This document shows positions 9,108-19,170 of a stretch of DNA of 58,106 nt, piece after piece. This DNA is from Chloroflexota bacterium (GTDB lineage Bacteria; Chloroflexota; Chloroflexia; QHBQ01), in assembly GCA_043754535.1 (NCBI GenBank), contig JAYUUN010000015.1, positions 1-58,106 of the forward strand, read 5' to 3'. The translations under genes and the position numbers were made by a program. Positions within the stretch are counted from its first letter, which is position 1. Every line of letters starts with the position of its first letter. Under the pieces are notes generated by a model. It worked only from the letters and a program-made list of their open reading frames with translations, ran no database searches and had not been told where the DNA came from.

Positions 9108-11666
9108 ATGGCTGAGAAGTTTGATAAGTTTACGGAGCGCGCTCGCAAAGTGTTGAACCTGGCGCAGGAGGAAGCACATCGCTTCAACCACAACTACATT
9201 GGCACCGAGCATATCCTGCTGGGGCTGGTACGCGAGGGTGAAGGGGTGGCTGCTCGTGTGCTGGGCAACCTCGGTGTGGAGTTGCACAAGGTACGCAGCG
9301 CAGTCGAGTTTATCATCGGGCGCGGTGAGAAGATGGTGCTGGGCGATATTGGCCTGACCCCACGCGCCAAGAAGGTAATCGAGCTTGCGATTGACGAGGC
9401 CCGTCGCCTGAACCATCACTACATCGGCACCGAGCATCTGCTGCTCGGCCTGGTGCGCGAAGGCGAAGGGATCGCAGCGGGCGTGCTTGAGAGCCTCGGC
9501 GTGAGCCTGGAGAAGGTTCGCAGCGAAGTGATCAAGGTGCTGAATGCCAACCAGGGCGGCGGCTACGCCACCAGCGGCGCAGGTGCCGGGCGTGCCTCCA
9601 GCGGCAGCACCAACAGCAAGACTCCCTACATTGACAGCCTGGGTATGGACCTGACCGAAGCGGCCAGGCAAGGTAAGATCGACCCGATCATTGGCCGCGA
9701 GAAGGAAATCGAGCGGGTGATCCAAATCCTCAGCCGCCGTACTAAGAACAACCCTGCCCTGATCGGCGAGCCTGGGGTAGGCAAGACGGCTATCGTTGAG
9801 GGGCTGGCCCAGCGCATCATCAACGGTGACGTGCCAGAGACGCTGCTGGGCAAGCGCGTGCTTGCGCTAGATATTGGCGCACTGGTCGCTGGCACTAAGT
9901 ATCGTGGTGAGTTTGAGGAGCGACTGAAGAAGGTGATGGCCGAGATCAAGGACACCGCCAGTATCCTCTTTATCGATGAGATGCACACTATCGTTGGGGC
10001 TGGGGCCGCTGAAGGCGCAGTTGACGCTGCCAACATCCTCAAGCCCGCCCTTGCCCGTGCCGAGCTTCAGTGCATTGGTGCAACCACGCTGGATGAGTAC
10101 CGCAAGTACATCGAGCGTGATGCTGCCCTGGAACGCCGCTTCCAGCCGGTGCAGGTGTCCGAGCCGAGCGTGGAGGACACGATCCTGATCCTCTTTGGCA
10201 TCCGCGAGAAGTACGAGCAGCACCACCGCCTGACCATCACTGACGAGGCCCTAAAGGCTGCTGCCAACCTGGCGGCCCGCTACGTGCCGGATCGCTTCAT
10301 GCCTGACAAGGCGATTGACCTGATCGACGAGGCTTCCAGCCGCGTGCGCCTGACCCGCACCGGCCACTCCTCCTCCATGCGCGAGGCGATGAAAAGCCTG
10401 GAAGCAATCCGGGTGGAGAAGGAAACTGCAATCCAGGCCGAGCAGTACGAACTGGCGATGGACTTGCGCGACCGCGAGGAGCATCTGCGCGAGCGGCTGG
10501 CAAACATGGAGGAGGGCTTGACCGGTGATGGCACCGGTGAGGCCAATAAGCTCTACGTTACCGAAGAAGATATTGCCGAGATCATCAGTATGTGGACTGG
10601 TATCCCAATGGCCCGCATTGCTGGCGAGGAGTCGGAGCGGCTCTTGCAGATGGAGAGCTACCTGCACAAGCGCGTGGTTGGTCAGGAAGAAGCGATCACC
10701 AGCATCAGCAGGGCAGTGCGCCGCGCCCGCACCGGCTTGAAGGACCCCAAGCGACCAATCGGCAGCTTCATCTTCCTCGGCCCGACCGGGGTGGGCAAGA
10801 CGGAGTTGGCGAAGGCTCTGGCCGAGTTCATGTTTGGCAGCGAAGATGCGCTGATCAAGATCGACATGAGCGAGTTCATGGAGCGGCACAATGTCAGCCG
10901 CCTGGTCGGTTCGCCTCCAGGGTACGTTGGCTACGAGGAGGGTGGGCAGCTTACCGAGGCTGTGCGCCGCAAGAGCTACTCAGTGATCCTGCTTGACGAG
11001 ATCGAGAAGGCGCACCCCGAAGTCTTCAATATGCTGCTCCAGATGCTTGAGGATGGCTACATTGCTGACGCAAAGGGCCGCCGCGTAGACTTCCGCAATA
11101 CCCTGATCATCATGACCTCCAACGTCGGCGCAGAATTGATCAACCGCAGTATGCAGCTTGGTTTCGCTAGCAAGATCGACGAGGCGAAGGTACAGAAGAA
11201 CGAATACGACAAGATGAAGGAAAAGGTAATGGGCGAACTGAAGAAGGCGTTCCGCCCTGAGTTCCTCAACCGCATCGATGGCGTGATGGTCTTCCACTCG
11301 CTCAACACCGACAACATCCGCAAGATCACCAACCTGCTGTTGGATCGCGTGCGCGTCCAGCTAACCGAGCAGGAGATGACGATGGACGTGACCGACGAGG
11401 CGATGGACTTGCTTGCCAAGCGCGGCTACGACCCGAACTTCGGCGCACGTCCGCTACGTCGCATCATCACCAACCTGATCGAAGACCCGCTGGCCGAGAA
11501 GATACTGGACGGCAAGGTGCTGACAGGCAGCCACATCACGGTCGAGGTCGAGGGCGATATGCTCAAGATCGAGGCTACGGTGCCAGAGCGCAACGTACCT
11601 GGTGATGACCGTGACCTGGCTCTCACTGGCGGCGCATTGAGTGGCCCCGACGATGTGCTGATCTAG
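9108..11666 (+). CDS. clpC: ATP-dependent Clp protease ATP-binding subunit ClpC
   Basis: Two AAA+ modules ([16 protein letters not shown]), UVR/M domain, LGF ClpP-docking loop, FGARPLRR. Confidence 0.97.
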   Translation: MAEKFDKFTERARKVLNLAQEEAHRFNHNYIGTEHILLGLVREGEGVAARVLGNLGVELHKVRSAVEFIIGRGEKMVLGDIGLTPRAKKVIELAIDEARRLNHHYIGTEHLLLGLVREGEGIAAGVLESLGVSLEKVRSEVIKVLNANQGGGYATSGAGAGRASSGSTNSKTPYIDSLGMDLTEAARQGKIDPIIGREKEIERVIQILSRRTKNNPALIGEPGVGKTAIVEGLAQRIINGDVPETLLGKRVLALDIGALVAGTKYRGEFEERLKKVMAEIKDTASILFIDEMHTIVGAGAAEGAVDAANILKPALARAELQCIGATTLDEYRKYIERDAALERRFQPVQVSEPSVEDTILILFGIREKYEQHHRLTITDEALKAAANLAARYVPDRFMPDKAIDLIDEASSRVRLTRTGHSSSMREAMKSLEAIRVEKETAIQAEQYELAMDLRDREEHLRERLANMEEGLTGDGTGEANKLYVTEEDIAEIISMWTGIPMARIAGEESERLLQMESYLHKRVVGQEEAITSISRAVRRARTGLKDPKRPIGSFIFLGPTGVGKTELAKALAEFMFGSEDALIKIDMSEFMERHNVSRLVGSPPGYVGYEEGGQLTEAVRRKSYSVILLDEIEKAHPEVFNMLLQMLEDGYIADAKGRRVDFRNTLIIMTSNVGAELINRSMQLGFASKIDEAKVQKNEYDKMKEKVMGELKKAFRPEFLNRIDGVMVFHSLNTDNIRKITNLLLDRVRVQLTEQEMTMDVTDEAMDLLAKRGYDPNFGARPLRRIITNLIEDPLAEKILDGKVLTGSHITVEVEGDMLKIEATVPERNVPGDDRDLALTGGALSGPDDVLI

Positions 11667-11702
11667 GCTCACCCCCGCTCCACCAGGCAGCAGATAGTAG
11701 AG

Positions 11703-11737
11703 AAGCCCCACTCTGGCAAGAGCGGGGCTTTTCGTTT
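11703..11737 (+). terminator. Rho-independent terminator after clpC (possibly bidirectional)
   Basis: aagccccactct-ggca-agagcggggctt followed by ttcgttt. Confidence 0.7.
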
Positions 11738-11753
11738 GCTGCGTTTCTGCGCT

Positions 11754-12053
11754 TCAGCGATCCAGATTCTGCGGCCCCTTCTTGCTGTCCAAGGTAGCCG
11801 GGATGAGGCTATCGGCCAGCGGGTCGGCGGCATACTGCTCGTCCGCACCGCTACCAGCTTGCAGCCCCGCACGCTCCGGGTCGCTGCCACTGCTGCTGTT
11901 AGCGTAGTCTATGTCGTTGGGGCCGGGGCTGCTGCTGCCACCCAGGTCGCGGTCACGCTGGAGGGCGTTGTTGTCCTGGCGGTCAGATACCTGGTGCAGC
12001 GGGTTGTCACCCTGATCTTCGTTAGCAGTCAGGTTGCTATTATGTTCATCCAT
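11754..12053 (-). CDS. Hypothetical acidic hydrophilic 99-aa protein
   Basis: ORF with GAGGAG RBS; D/N/S/G-rich. Confidence 0.6.
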   Translation of the reverse strand: MDEHNSNLTANEDQGDNPLHQVSDRQDNNALQRDRDLGGSSSPGPNDIDYANSSSGSDPERAGLQAGSGADEQYAADPLADSLIPATLDSKKGPQNLDR

Positions 12054-12113
12054 TGCGCGCTCCTCTCGGTTGGGATGTGCAAGGATAGGCAGTTAGTGTG
12101 CCAGCCTTGCCTG

Positions 12114-13292
12114 CTACTTGAAGGCGTAGATCAGCCCTTGCATCAGGCTAGGGAAGCGGCGGCAAAGTTGCCCGAACAGGCGGAACGCAGTCTGGTTGTC
12201 GCCAACGCGCCGCAGCAGCAGGTCGCGGCGCAAGTGGCCGCCAACCATCTGGTGCAGCCGCCGCTCGTAGCCAGCCCAGGCTACCGCCGCCCGCGCTGGC
12301 TGGCGCAGGGCAAGGGCAACTGCATCGGCGGCAAGGATCGCGCTGTCCACCGCATTTTCGATACCCGCACCCGTCAGTGGCGAAACCAAACCTGCCGCAT
12401 CACCAATGAGTAGGGCATGGTCACCTGCCACCGTCCCTATCTGGCCGCTCATCGGTAGCTGCCAGCTAGCCACCTGCTGCAAGGTTGCACCTTGCTGCAC
12501 GCGCCCACGGGCGACAAGGTCGGTCATGTAGTCAGCCAGCATCGCCCGCAGGTTCGCTCCCGCCGCCTTGAGCGCAATGGCTGTTGTGCCGATGCCGACG
12601 TTGGCAGCCTGCGCGCCCGCGAGCGGGAAGTACCAGCCGTAGCCGCTGGCGGTGCTGAGGAAGTCCAGTTCGAGGCCGTTGTCGCTGCCCAGCACGTCGG
12701 CGGGGTTGAGGTAGCCGCGCACTGCGACGCTGAGGCCAGGCCGCTCACCTACCCCTATTGCTGCGCGTGCGACCAGCGAAGTCGCGCCGTCGGCCCCGAC
12801 TAGCAGCGTAGCCCGCAGGTTGTGGCTGCTAACTTGTTGGTCGTTGGCAATCACCTGCCAGCCACCCGCCACCCGCTCTACCCCCTTGACTCGCCAACCG
12901 TCCAGCAGTAGCACACCAGCGGCACGAGCGGCAGCAGTGATCTGGCCGTCGAAGGTAGCGCGTTCCAGCACCATGTCAGGCCGCTTGAACCTGCCCTGTA
13001 CTGCGATCCCGTTGGGGGCAGCGATACGCACCCCAGTCGCCCGGTACGCCCCCGCGAACTCTGGCACCCCCAGCCTGCCGAGGGTCGCCAGCGTACGTGC
13101 TGCTATTGCGTCGCCACACACCTTCCCTGGTAGCAGTTGCCCCCTTGAGGGAGCGGCTAGGAGAGGGTAAGCCAGCCGCCTGCTGTCTAGCAGCACAATG
13201 CTGGCTGGCGCAACCCCCCGACGCACGAGAGCTAGGGCGAGGCTGCTGCCCGCTGGCCCCGCCCCTACGATGATCACTGCGTGCTGCTTCAT
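12114..13292 (-). CDS. Geranylgeranyl reductase family FAD-dependent oxidoreductase
   Basis: GAGPAG, KVCGDA, ADGA, GYGWYFP and LIGDAAGLVSPLTGAGI motifs. Confidence 0.85.
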   Translation of the reverse strand: MKQHAVIIVGAGPAGSSLALALVRRGVAPASIVLLDSRRLAYPLLAAPSRGQLLPGKVCGDAIAARTLATLGRLGVPEFAGAYRATGVRIAAPNGIAVQGRFKRPDMVLERATFDGQITAAARAAGVLLLDGWRVKGVERVAGGWQVIANDQQVSSHNLRATLLVGADGATSLVARAAIGVGERPGLSVAVRGYLNPADVLGSDNGLELDFLSTASGYGWYFPLAGAQAANVGIGTTAIALKAAGANLRAMLADYMTDLVARGRVQQGATLQQVASWQLPMSGQIGTVAGDHALLIGDAAGLVSPLTGAGIENAVDSAILAADAVALALRQPARAAVAWAGYERRLHQMVGGHLRRDLLLRRVGDNQTAFRLFGQLCRRFPSLMQGLIYAFK

Positions 13293-13314
13293 AGTTGCGC
13301 CCTGTCGTTTTTGG

Positions 13315-14097
13315 CTACTTGCCCGTAAACTGCGGCTTGCGCTTCGCCATGAAGGCTGCTGTGCCTTCATCGTAATCTGCGCTGTGGCCCGCGATCTCCT
13401 GGCCGTACACCTCGTAGTCCAACACCTCGTCGAGGGTGCCAGTGGTGCCGAGGTGTAGAGCGCGCTTGATCAGGCCGAGGGCTAGGGTTGGGCCGTTGGC
13501 GAGTCGATTGGCCCATTCTGTGGTCGCGCCCATCAGGTCGTCGTGAGCAACTAGCTTGTTGACGATGCCCAGGCGTAGGGCTTCCTCTGCCCCAATCTTC
13601 TCGCCCAGCATACAGAGTTCTGCCGCCTTTGCGTAACCAACCAGTCGGGGCAGGAAGAAGCTACTGCCGCTATCTGGCACCAACCCAATGTTGACGAAGG
13701 CTTGCAGGAAGCTGGCCTTGTCGCTGGCGATCCGCAGGTCACAGGCGAGAGCCAGGCTGAACCCCGCCCCCGCCGCCACGCCATTGATCGCCCCCAATAC
13801 TGGCTTGTTGAGGGCTGCCAGCTTGCGGATGATAGGATTGTAGCGGTTGCGCAGACTGTCAGCGAGGCTGCGCTGCTCCTCTCCTGCGTGGCTCTTGAGG
13901 TCTTCGCCAGCGGAGAAGGCCCGTCCCCCCCCAGTGATCACCAGGCAGCGGGCAGCCTCGTCGCGCTCCACCTTCTTCAGCACATCCTGTATCTCGTCGG
14001 TCAACTGCTGGTTGAAGGCGTTGAGTACGTCAGGGCGGTTCAGGGTCAGGGTCGCCACCCCCTCTGCTACCGCGTAGATAACCGTTTCGTAAGCCAT
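13315..14097 (-). CDS. paaG: Enoyl-CoA hydratase/isomerase, PaaG-like
   Basis: RAFSAGEDL, GVAAGAGFSLALACD and IGLVPDSG motifs; paired with PaaF-like gene. Confidence 0.75.
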   Translation of the reverse strand: MAYETVIYAVAEGVATLTLNRPDVLNAFNQQLTDEIQDVLKKVERDEAARCLVITGGGRAFSAGEDLKSHAGEEQRSLADSLRNRYNPIIRKLAALNKPVLGAINGVAAGAGFSLALACDLRIASDKASFLQAFVNIGLVPDSGSSFFLPRLVGYAKAAELCMLGEKIGAEEALRLGIVNKLVAHDDLMGATTEWANRLANGPTLALGLIKRALHLGTTGTLDEVLDYEVYGQEIAGHSADYDEGTAAFMAKRKPQFTGK

Positions 14098-14113
14098 CTC
14101 TGCTCCTCTTTAA

Positions 14114-14899
14114 TCACTTGCCCTTGAACTGGGGCTTGCGCTTCTCCAGGAACGCGCTCATGCCCTCACGCTTGTCTTCGCTGGCAAAGAGCAGGTAGAA
14201 GTTCCTGCGCTCAAACTCCAGACCCCCCTCTATGGTTGTATCAAACGAGCGTAGCACCGCCTCTTTCACCATGCGGACGGCTAGGGGCGGCTTGCCAGCT
14301 ATCTCCTTCGCCAGCCTCTGTGCTTCTAGCATCACCGCTTCGACTGGCACTACGCGGTTGACCAGGCCGAAGCTGAGGGCTTCTTGGGCAGTCAGCAGGC
14401 GGCCCGCAAGAACGACCTCCATTGCCAGCACCTTGCCGACCGCACGCGTCAACCGTTGGGTGCCACCCGCGCCTGGCATCACCCCAATGTTGACCTCTGG
14501 TTGGCCGAACTGGGCTGTCTCGCCCGCGATTACCATATCGCAGTGCATCACCAGTTCGTTGCCGCCACCGAGGGCGAAGCCGTTGACTGCTGCGATCAGC
14601 GGCTTGCTGAAGCGGCGGATGCGATCCCACTTGGCGAACTGGTTGCGCTGCACCATCTCGATCACGCTGGCCTCGGCCATCTCGCCAATGTCGGCCCCAG
14701 CCGCGAAGGCCCGCGTGCCAGCCCCCGTCAGGATCACAGCTCGCACACTGTCGTCTGCCTCCATCGCCTCCAGGGCGGCCACGATCTCGTCCATCAAGGC
14801 CATGTTCAGGGCGTTGAGCTTGTCGGGCCGGTTGAGGGTGATGGTGGCGACCGCCCCCTCCTGCGTGGTCAGGATCAGCTTGTAGTCTTGGCTCTGCAT
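14114..14899 (-). CDS. paaF: Enoyl-CoA hydratase, PaaF-like
   Basis: RAFAAGADI, ALGGGNEL and GQPEVNIGVMPGAGGTQRL motifs. Confidence 0.8.
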   Translation of the reverse strand: MQSQDYKLILTTQEGAVATITLNRPDKLNALNMALMDEIVAALEAMEADDSVRAVILTGAGTRAFAAGADIGEMAEASVIEMVQRNQFAKWDRIRRFSKPLIAAVNGFALGGGNELVMHCDMVIAGETAQFGQPEVNIGVMPGAGGTQRLTRAVGKVLAMEVVLAGRLLTAQEALSFGLVNRVVPVEAVMLEAQRLAKEIAGKPPLAVRMVKEAVLRSFDTTIEGGLEFERRNFYLLFASEDKREGMSAFLEKRKPQFKGK

Positions 14900-15097
14900 A
14901 GTTCCTCCTCACATCATTGTGCTAGCGCAGTATGCCACAGACTAAAGGATGATGCAACCCACCCCCGCTTAAGCTCACCACCACTACGGCGCAGCCTGTG
15001 CGTTCGTCCCTTCTACTGTCTATGCCATGCATTCGCGTGCTGGTGGCTGACAGCGCAAAGCAGCATTCAGCCTTGATCAGCAAAGCTTGCATAAGCC

Positions 15098-15127
15098 TTG
15101 ACTTGTCTAACGCTTTCGTGCTATAAT
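15098..15127 (+). promoter_or_regulatory. Sigma70 promoter of cassette 1
   Basis: TTGACT-18nt-TATAAT with TGn extended -10. Confidence 0.7.
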
Positions 15128-15175
15128 GCTGACAGATAAGTGGCGATTTAAGTAAAGCCAGAGGAGGGTAGAGCC

Positions 15176-15745
15176 ATGAGCAGCGAAGCTAACTACAACC
15201 AACCCGCTCCCATGCCACCGCACGTGTTGGCGGGCGCACCGCCGCCCGCGAGTGCGTCGCTATACGATAGCTATGCTGTGCCGCTGGCAAAGGTTGCGCC
15301 GGAGCCAGACATCCGCACCTTCCAGCATACCTGGATTGACGATGCGCCGACTCCACCCAGCAGCCAGCGTGCGATGGATCGCAGCCATGACCGCTTGCTG
15401 TGGGGCATCGTGTTCTTCCCAGCGATTGCAGTGGCTGGTAGTGGCGCAGCAGGATATTTGATTATGATGATCACAGTATCTTCCCTCGGCTGGGGCAGCA
15501 TCGGGCTTGGCCTTGTTACTGCTGGTCTGGTCGCAAGCGGCTCTTTGGTTGCTGGTCTGGTCAGCAGTGTGCGTGGGCTGCAAAATGGTGGTCACCCCCC
15601 ATCGCTAGGGCAGATTCTAGGGGGCGTGGTAGGCATCATGATCAATATTGGGCTGTTGTTTCTCATTAGACTAGCGATTTTGAGGGAGTTAGTGGCTGCA
15701 AAAGCAGCACCACAACCGACCTGCCTTGCTGCCACCCCCGCTTAA
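15176..15745 (+). CDS. PPHVL-motif membrane protein, cassette 1
   Basis: GAGGAGG RBS; Pro-rich N-terminus and ~3 hydrophobic helices; paralog of 15949. Confidence 0.75.
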   Translation: MSSEANYNQPAPMPPHVLAGAPPPASASLYDSYAVPLAKVAPEPDIRTFQHTWIDDAPTPPSSQRAMDRSHDRLLWGIVFFPAIAVAGSGAAGYLIMMITVSSLGWGSIGLGLVTAGLVASGSLVAGLVSSVRGLQNGGHPPSLGQILGGVVGIMINIGLLFLIRLAILRELVAAKAAPQPTCLAATPA

Positions 15746-15870
15746 GCTCATCACCACTACGGCGCAGCCTGTGCGTTCATCCCTTCTACTGTCTATGCCA
15801 TGCATTCGCGTGCTGGTGGCTGACAGCGCGAAGCAGCATTCAGCCTTGATCAGCAAAGCTCGCATAAGCA

Positions 15871-15900
15871 TTGACTTGTCTGACGCTTTCGTGCTATAAT
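15871..15900 (+). promoter_or_regulatory. Sigma70 promoter of cassette 2
   Basis: TTGACT-18nt-TATAAT, copy of cassette 1 promoter. Confidence 0.7.
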
Positions 15901-15948
15901 GCTGACAGATAAGTGGCGATTTAAGTAAAGCCATAGGAGGGTAGAGCC

Positions 15949-16497
15949 ATGAGCAGCGAACCTGCCTACAAGCAACCCGATCCCATGCCACCGCACGTGT
16001 TGGCGGGCGCACCGCCACCCGCGAGTGCGCGGCAGTACGATAGCTATGCTGTGCCGCTGGCAAAGGTTGCGCCGGAGCCAGACATCCGCACCTTCCAGCA
16101 CACCTCGATCTACGATACGCCAGCCCCACTAGCCAAACAGCCCGCTCTGACACATCGCAGACCCAACTATTTGCTCTGGGGCATCCTGTTCTTCCCTCTA
16201 ACTGCCATGTTCGGAGGTAGCGCAACAGCATATGTGGCTCTCATGCTTACCCAATCCTTCCTCGGCTGGGGTGCGTTCATCCTGGGTGGTATGGTTGGCT
16301 TGTTGGTAGCAGGGGGCTTCGCAGTTGCTGGTCTGGTCAGTAGCGTGCGTGGGCTGCAAAATGGTGGTCGCCCTTCCTCAGCGGGGCGAACTATAGCTGG
16401 CGTGGTGGGCATCCTGATCAATAGTGGGTTGCTGCTCTTCATTTTTCAATCCTTCTACTTCCCCCTTCAAATGCTCTTTTCAGCCTTCGGCTACTAA
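15949..16497 (+). CDS. PPHVL-motif membrane protein, cassette 2
   Basis: AGGAGG RBS; N-terminus near-identical to 15176, transmembrane region diverged. Confidence 0.75.
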   Translation: MSSEPAYKQPDPMPPHVLAGAPPPASARQYDSYAVPLAKVAPEPDIRTFQHTSIYDTPAPLAKQPALTHRRPNYLLWGILFFPLTAMFGGSATAYVALMLTQSFLGWGAFILGGMVGLLVAGGFAVAGLVSSVRGLQNGGRPSSAGRTIAGVVGILINSGLLLFIFQSFYFPLQMLFSAFGY

Positions 16498-16567
16498 CCT
16501 TGAGGGAGTATGGTGGCTGCAAAAGCAGCACGACAACCAACCTGCCTTGCTGCCACCACTGCTCATC

Positions 16568-17158
16568 TTATACCAGGCGCAAGAGCAAAGACGACCCAGC
16601 CCCGCTTAAGCTCACCACCACTACGGCGCAGCCTGTGCGCTCGTGTACCAGCGTGGTCAGCGTGCCGATGTTGGGTAGGTGTAGGGAACTCCCCCGTTGA
16701 CCACGCTGCTCCGGCTTGTGCGCTTGCGCGGCAGCCTCTAGCACCACCGCTGCTGCGCTGCTCTGGCGGGCTGCCTCGACCACACCGTAGCTATACTCGC
16801 GCACCTTCTGCACCTCACCGCGTAGTTGACGACCAGCAGTACGCGCGTGTTCCTCGGCTACCTCGATCAGGTGCAATGCCACCTCGGTCTCCCCCGCTAG
16901 CGGCGCAGTCAGCGGTAGGGTGCGTGGCACCTCGATAAAAACATGAAAGAGGACTTTGCCGCTGCTGGTCAGTTCGTAGGCAGCGGCCAGGGCTTGCTGC
17001 GGCACCGCTGCTCCCTCACTAACCATTGTTGGCACCAGCACTATCGGCCAGCGACTGGCAGGCTGATGGGCTGGCAATGCTGCTTGCCGCCGTAGCAGCA
17101 CCGTCGCTGCCAGCCCGCCACCCACAAAGAGGCCGATCATCAGCCAAAGTATCTCCAT
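16568..17158 (-). CDS. Membrane-anchored universal-stress-protein-like domain protein (last gene of kdp operon)
   Basis: N-terminal TM; IVLVPT...VFIEVPRTLPL...GVVEAA...CAVVVV USP-like pattern; 4 bp after kdpD stop. Confidence 0.65.
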   Translation of the reverse strand: MEILWLMIGLFVGGGLAATVLLRRQAALPAHQPASRWPIVLVPTMVSEGAAVPQQALAAAYELTSSGKVLFHVFIEVPRTLPLTAPLAGETEVALHLIEVAEEHARTAGRQLRGEVQKVREYSYGVVEAARQSSAAAVVLEAAAQAHKPEQRGQRGSSLHLPNIGTLTTLVHERTGCAVVVVSLSGAGSSLLLRLV

Positions 17159-17162
17159 CTCA

Positions 17163-18365
17163 TTAGTCCTGCCTTTCCGCACTCCGCCGCTTCAGCCGCT
17201 TATCCGGGTCAGCGACAATGTAGACATCTACCCCTTCAAGTTGGCGTACTAGCTTGTTGATCACCGAACCCTGCCAGAACTCCTGCCAGCGCGTCTTGGT
17301 ACTCTCGCCCACCACCAGGTTGGTGAAGCGACCGCGCTCGATTGCGGCTACCAGTACGTCCACGATCTTGCCACCCACCTCGCGGAAGGGCAGTTCCAGC
17401 GTCTTCGCCAGGCGGCGGTTGGCGGCTACTACCTCCTCCCGTTGTAGGCTGAGGCCGCCTTCGCCCGCCGCTGGCCCGACGTAGATCACCTCGATGTAGG
17501 CGTTGAGCCGCTGGGCCAGCCGCCAGCCCGCCCGCATCAGCCGCGCATCTTGGGGCTTCGGCCCGACCGCTACCAGGATGCGCGGCGCGCCAGGGATGAT
17601 GCCGCTCTCATCACGCGGGCGGCTGTAGCTTGCCTCCTGCATCGCACCGCGCAGGCCAGAACTTGACTTGATCGCATCGGCAGCCTCGCGCAGAGCCAGT
17701 TCGCGTAGGGCGACCAGGTTGCTGAGGCGGAAGAAGTTGCCGAGGGCTTGCTCTACCTTGCCAGGGGCGTAGACCTTGCCCTCGCGGATACGGGCGCGCA
17801 ACTCCTCCGGCGGCAGGTCGATCAGCACCACCTCATCCGCCAGGCTGATGATGCGGTCGGGGAATGTCTCGCGCACACGCACACCAGTGAGGGCGGCTAC
17901 CTGGTCGTTGAGGCTCTCAAGGTGCTGCACATTGACGGTGCTATACACGTCGATCCCCGAAGCCAACAGGTCTTCGATCTCCTCATACCGCTTGCTGTGT
18001 GGCGTGCCTGGGGCGACCGTGTGTGCCAGTTCATCTACCAGGGCTAGCGCAGGATGGCGGCGGATCACAGCGGCTACGTCCATCTCCTCCAGCATCGCGC
18101 CCTGGTACTCTGCCACGCGGCGGGGGACTACCTCCAGCCCCACAACCAACGCTTCCGTCTCCTTGCGGCCATGCAGTTCGACGTAGCCGACCACTACATC
18201 CATGCCTGTCGCCTTCAGCCGTTGGCCCTCCTCCAACATCGCATAGGTTTTGCCCACGCCCGCCGAGGCACCGAGGAAAATCTTGAGCCGTCCATGCCGA
18301 CGCTCCCCCTCCGCAATTGCGGCCAGGAGCGCGTCGGGGTTGGGGCGGCGGTAGCTGTCGCTCAT
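17163..18365 (-). CDS. kdpD: KdpD N-terminal sensor (KdpD domain + Usp domain; no TM or kinase domain)
   Basis: GRLKIFLGASAGVGKTYAML, LVDELAH, TVNVQHLESLND and ALRELALR motifs. Confidence 0.9.
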   Translation of the reverse strand: MSDSYRRPNPDALLAAIAEGERRHGRLKIFLGASAGVGKTYAMLEEGQRLKATGMDVVVGYVELHGRKETEALVVGLEVVPRRVAEYQGAMLEEMDVAAVIRRHPALALVDELAHTVAPGTPHSKRYEEIEDLLASGIDVYSTVNVQHLESLNDQVAALTGVRVRETFPDRIISLADEVVLIDLPPEELRARIREGKVYAPGKVEQALGNFFRLSNLVALRELALREAADAIKSSSGLRGAMQEASYSRPRDESGIIPGAPRILVAVGPKPQDARLMRAGWRLAQRLNAYIEVIYVGPAAGEGGLSLQREEVVAANRRLAKTLELPFREVGGKIVDVLVAAIERGRFTNLVVGESTKTRWQEFWQGSVINKLVRQLEGVDVYIVADPDKRLKRRSAERQD

Positions 18366-18401
18366 AGTTCAGGCAGGGGCCTGCTCATCCTTTGGGCCTG
18401 G

Positions 18402-19088
18402 TCACTTAGTGCTGCTATCCAGGGCCAGGTTCAATTTTAGCACATTGACGCGAGGTTCACCAAGCAGGCCGAGGTCGCGCCCTTCGGTGTACTGGGCCAC
18501 TAGCTGGCGCACCCGCTCTGCACTCAGGTTGCGCGCCGCTGCAACACGGGCAACCTGCACATCTGCCCCAGCGGGCGTGATGTGTGGGTCGAGGCCGCTG
18601 GCAGAGGTAGTCACGAGGTCAACCGGCACCGTGCCAGTGGCAATGCCAGTATCACTGATCACCTGGGCTGCGTTGATCGCGATGCTGCCTGCGTCACCGA
18701 TCAGCCGTGCGTCGGTCGGGCCGTAGTTGCTGCCACCACTAGTAGTGATGTCTAGCACCAGGCCGTTGGTGCCAGTATAGGTGGTGTTGAAGGCGGCAGA
18801 CGGCCTGCCGTGGAAGTATTGCGGCGCACTAAACGACTGGCCTAGCAGTTCACTGCCGATCACCTGCCCGCTCGCGTCCTTGATCAGGCTACCGTTCGCC
18901 TGCTTGCTGAAGGCCGCCTGCCCTACCCCCCAGACTATCGCCGGGTAGATCACCCCCAGCAGTAGGGTGAAAACGATGGTAGCCAGGACTGCACGCAGCA
19001 GGTCGGCACCGAGGCCGCCCTTCTCCTCCGCAGGTGCAGCGGGGCTGGTACTGCGGCTCAACTCTTGTTCTTTACTGTTCATTGCCAT
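18402..19088 (-). CDS. kdpC: K+-transporting ATPase subunit C
   Basis: QANGSL, YFHGRPSA, SASGLDPHI and GEPRVNVLKLNLALD motifs. Confidence 0.95.
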   Translation of the reverse strand: MAMNSKEQELSRSTSPAAPAEEKGGLGADLLRAVLATIVFTLLLGVIYPAIVWGVGQAAFSKQANGSLIKDASGQVIGSELLGQSFSAPQYFHGRPSAAFNTTYTGTNGLVLDITTSGGSNYGPTDARLIGDAGSIAINAAQVISDTGIATGTVPVDLVTTSASGLDPHITPAGADVQVARVAAARNLSAERVRQLVAQYTEGRDLGLLGEPRVNVLKLNLALDSSTK

Positions 19089-19170
19089 TGCTAGCTTGCT
19101 CCTATGCCTTGTGGCTCTCTGGCTTTGCCTGGGGCGCGGGGCTGGCTTGTTGTCAGCCCACCCGCCGCTG

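Larger units (their letters stand above)
14961..16639 (+). repeat. Tandem cassette array: two repeat units (starts 14961 and 15734, 773 bp apart) bounded by three copies of a ~40-bp core
   Basis: ccccgcttaagctca(c/t)caccactacggcgcagcctgtgcg at ~14963, ~15736 and 16600; near-identical ~370 bp promoter/5' region in both units; shared 3' block at ~15681 and ~16501. Confidence 0.9.

Noticed and set aside
14961..16639. CRISPR array interpretation of the three 40-bp repeats
   Set aside because: Intervening segments are 730-830 bp gene-bearing units, not 25-45 bp spacers; no cas genes in the window.
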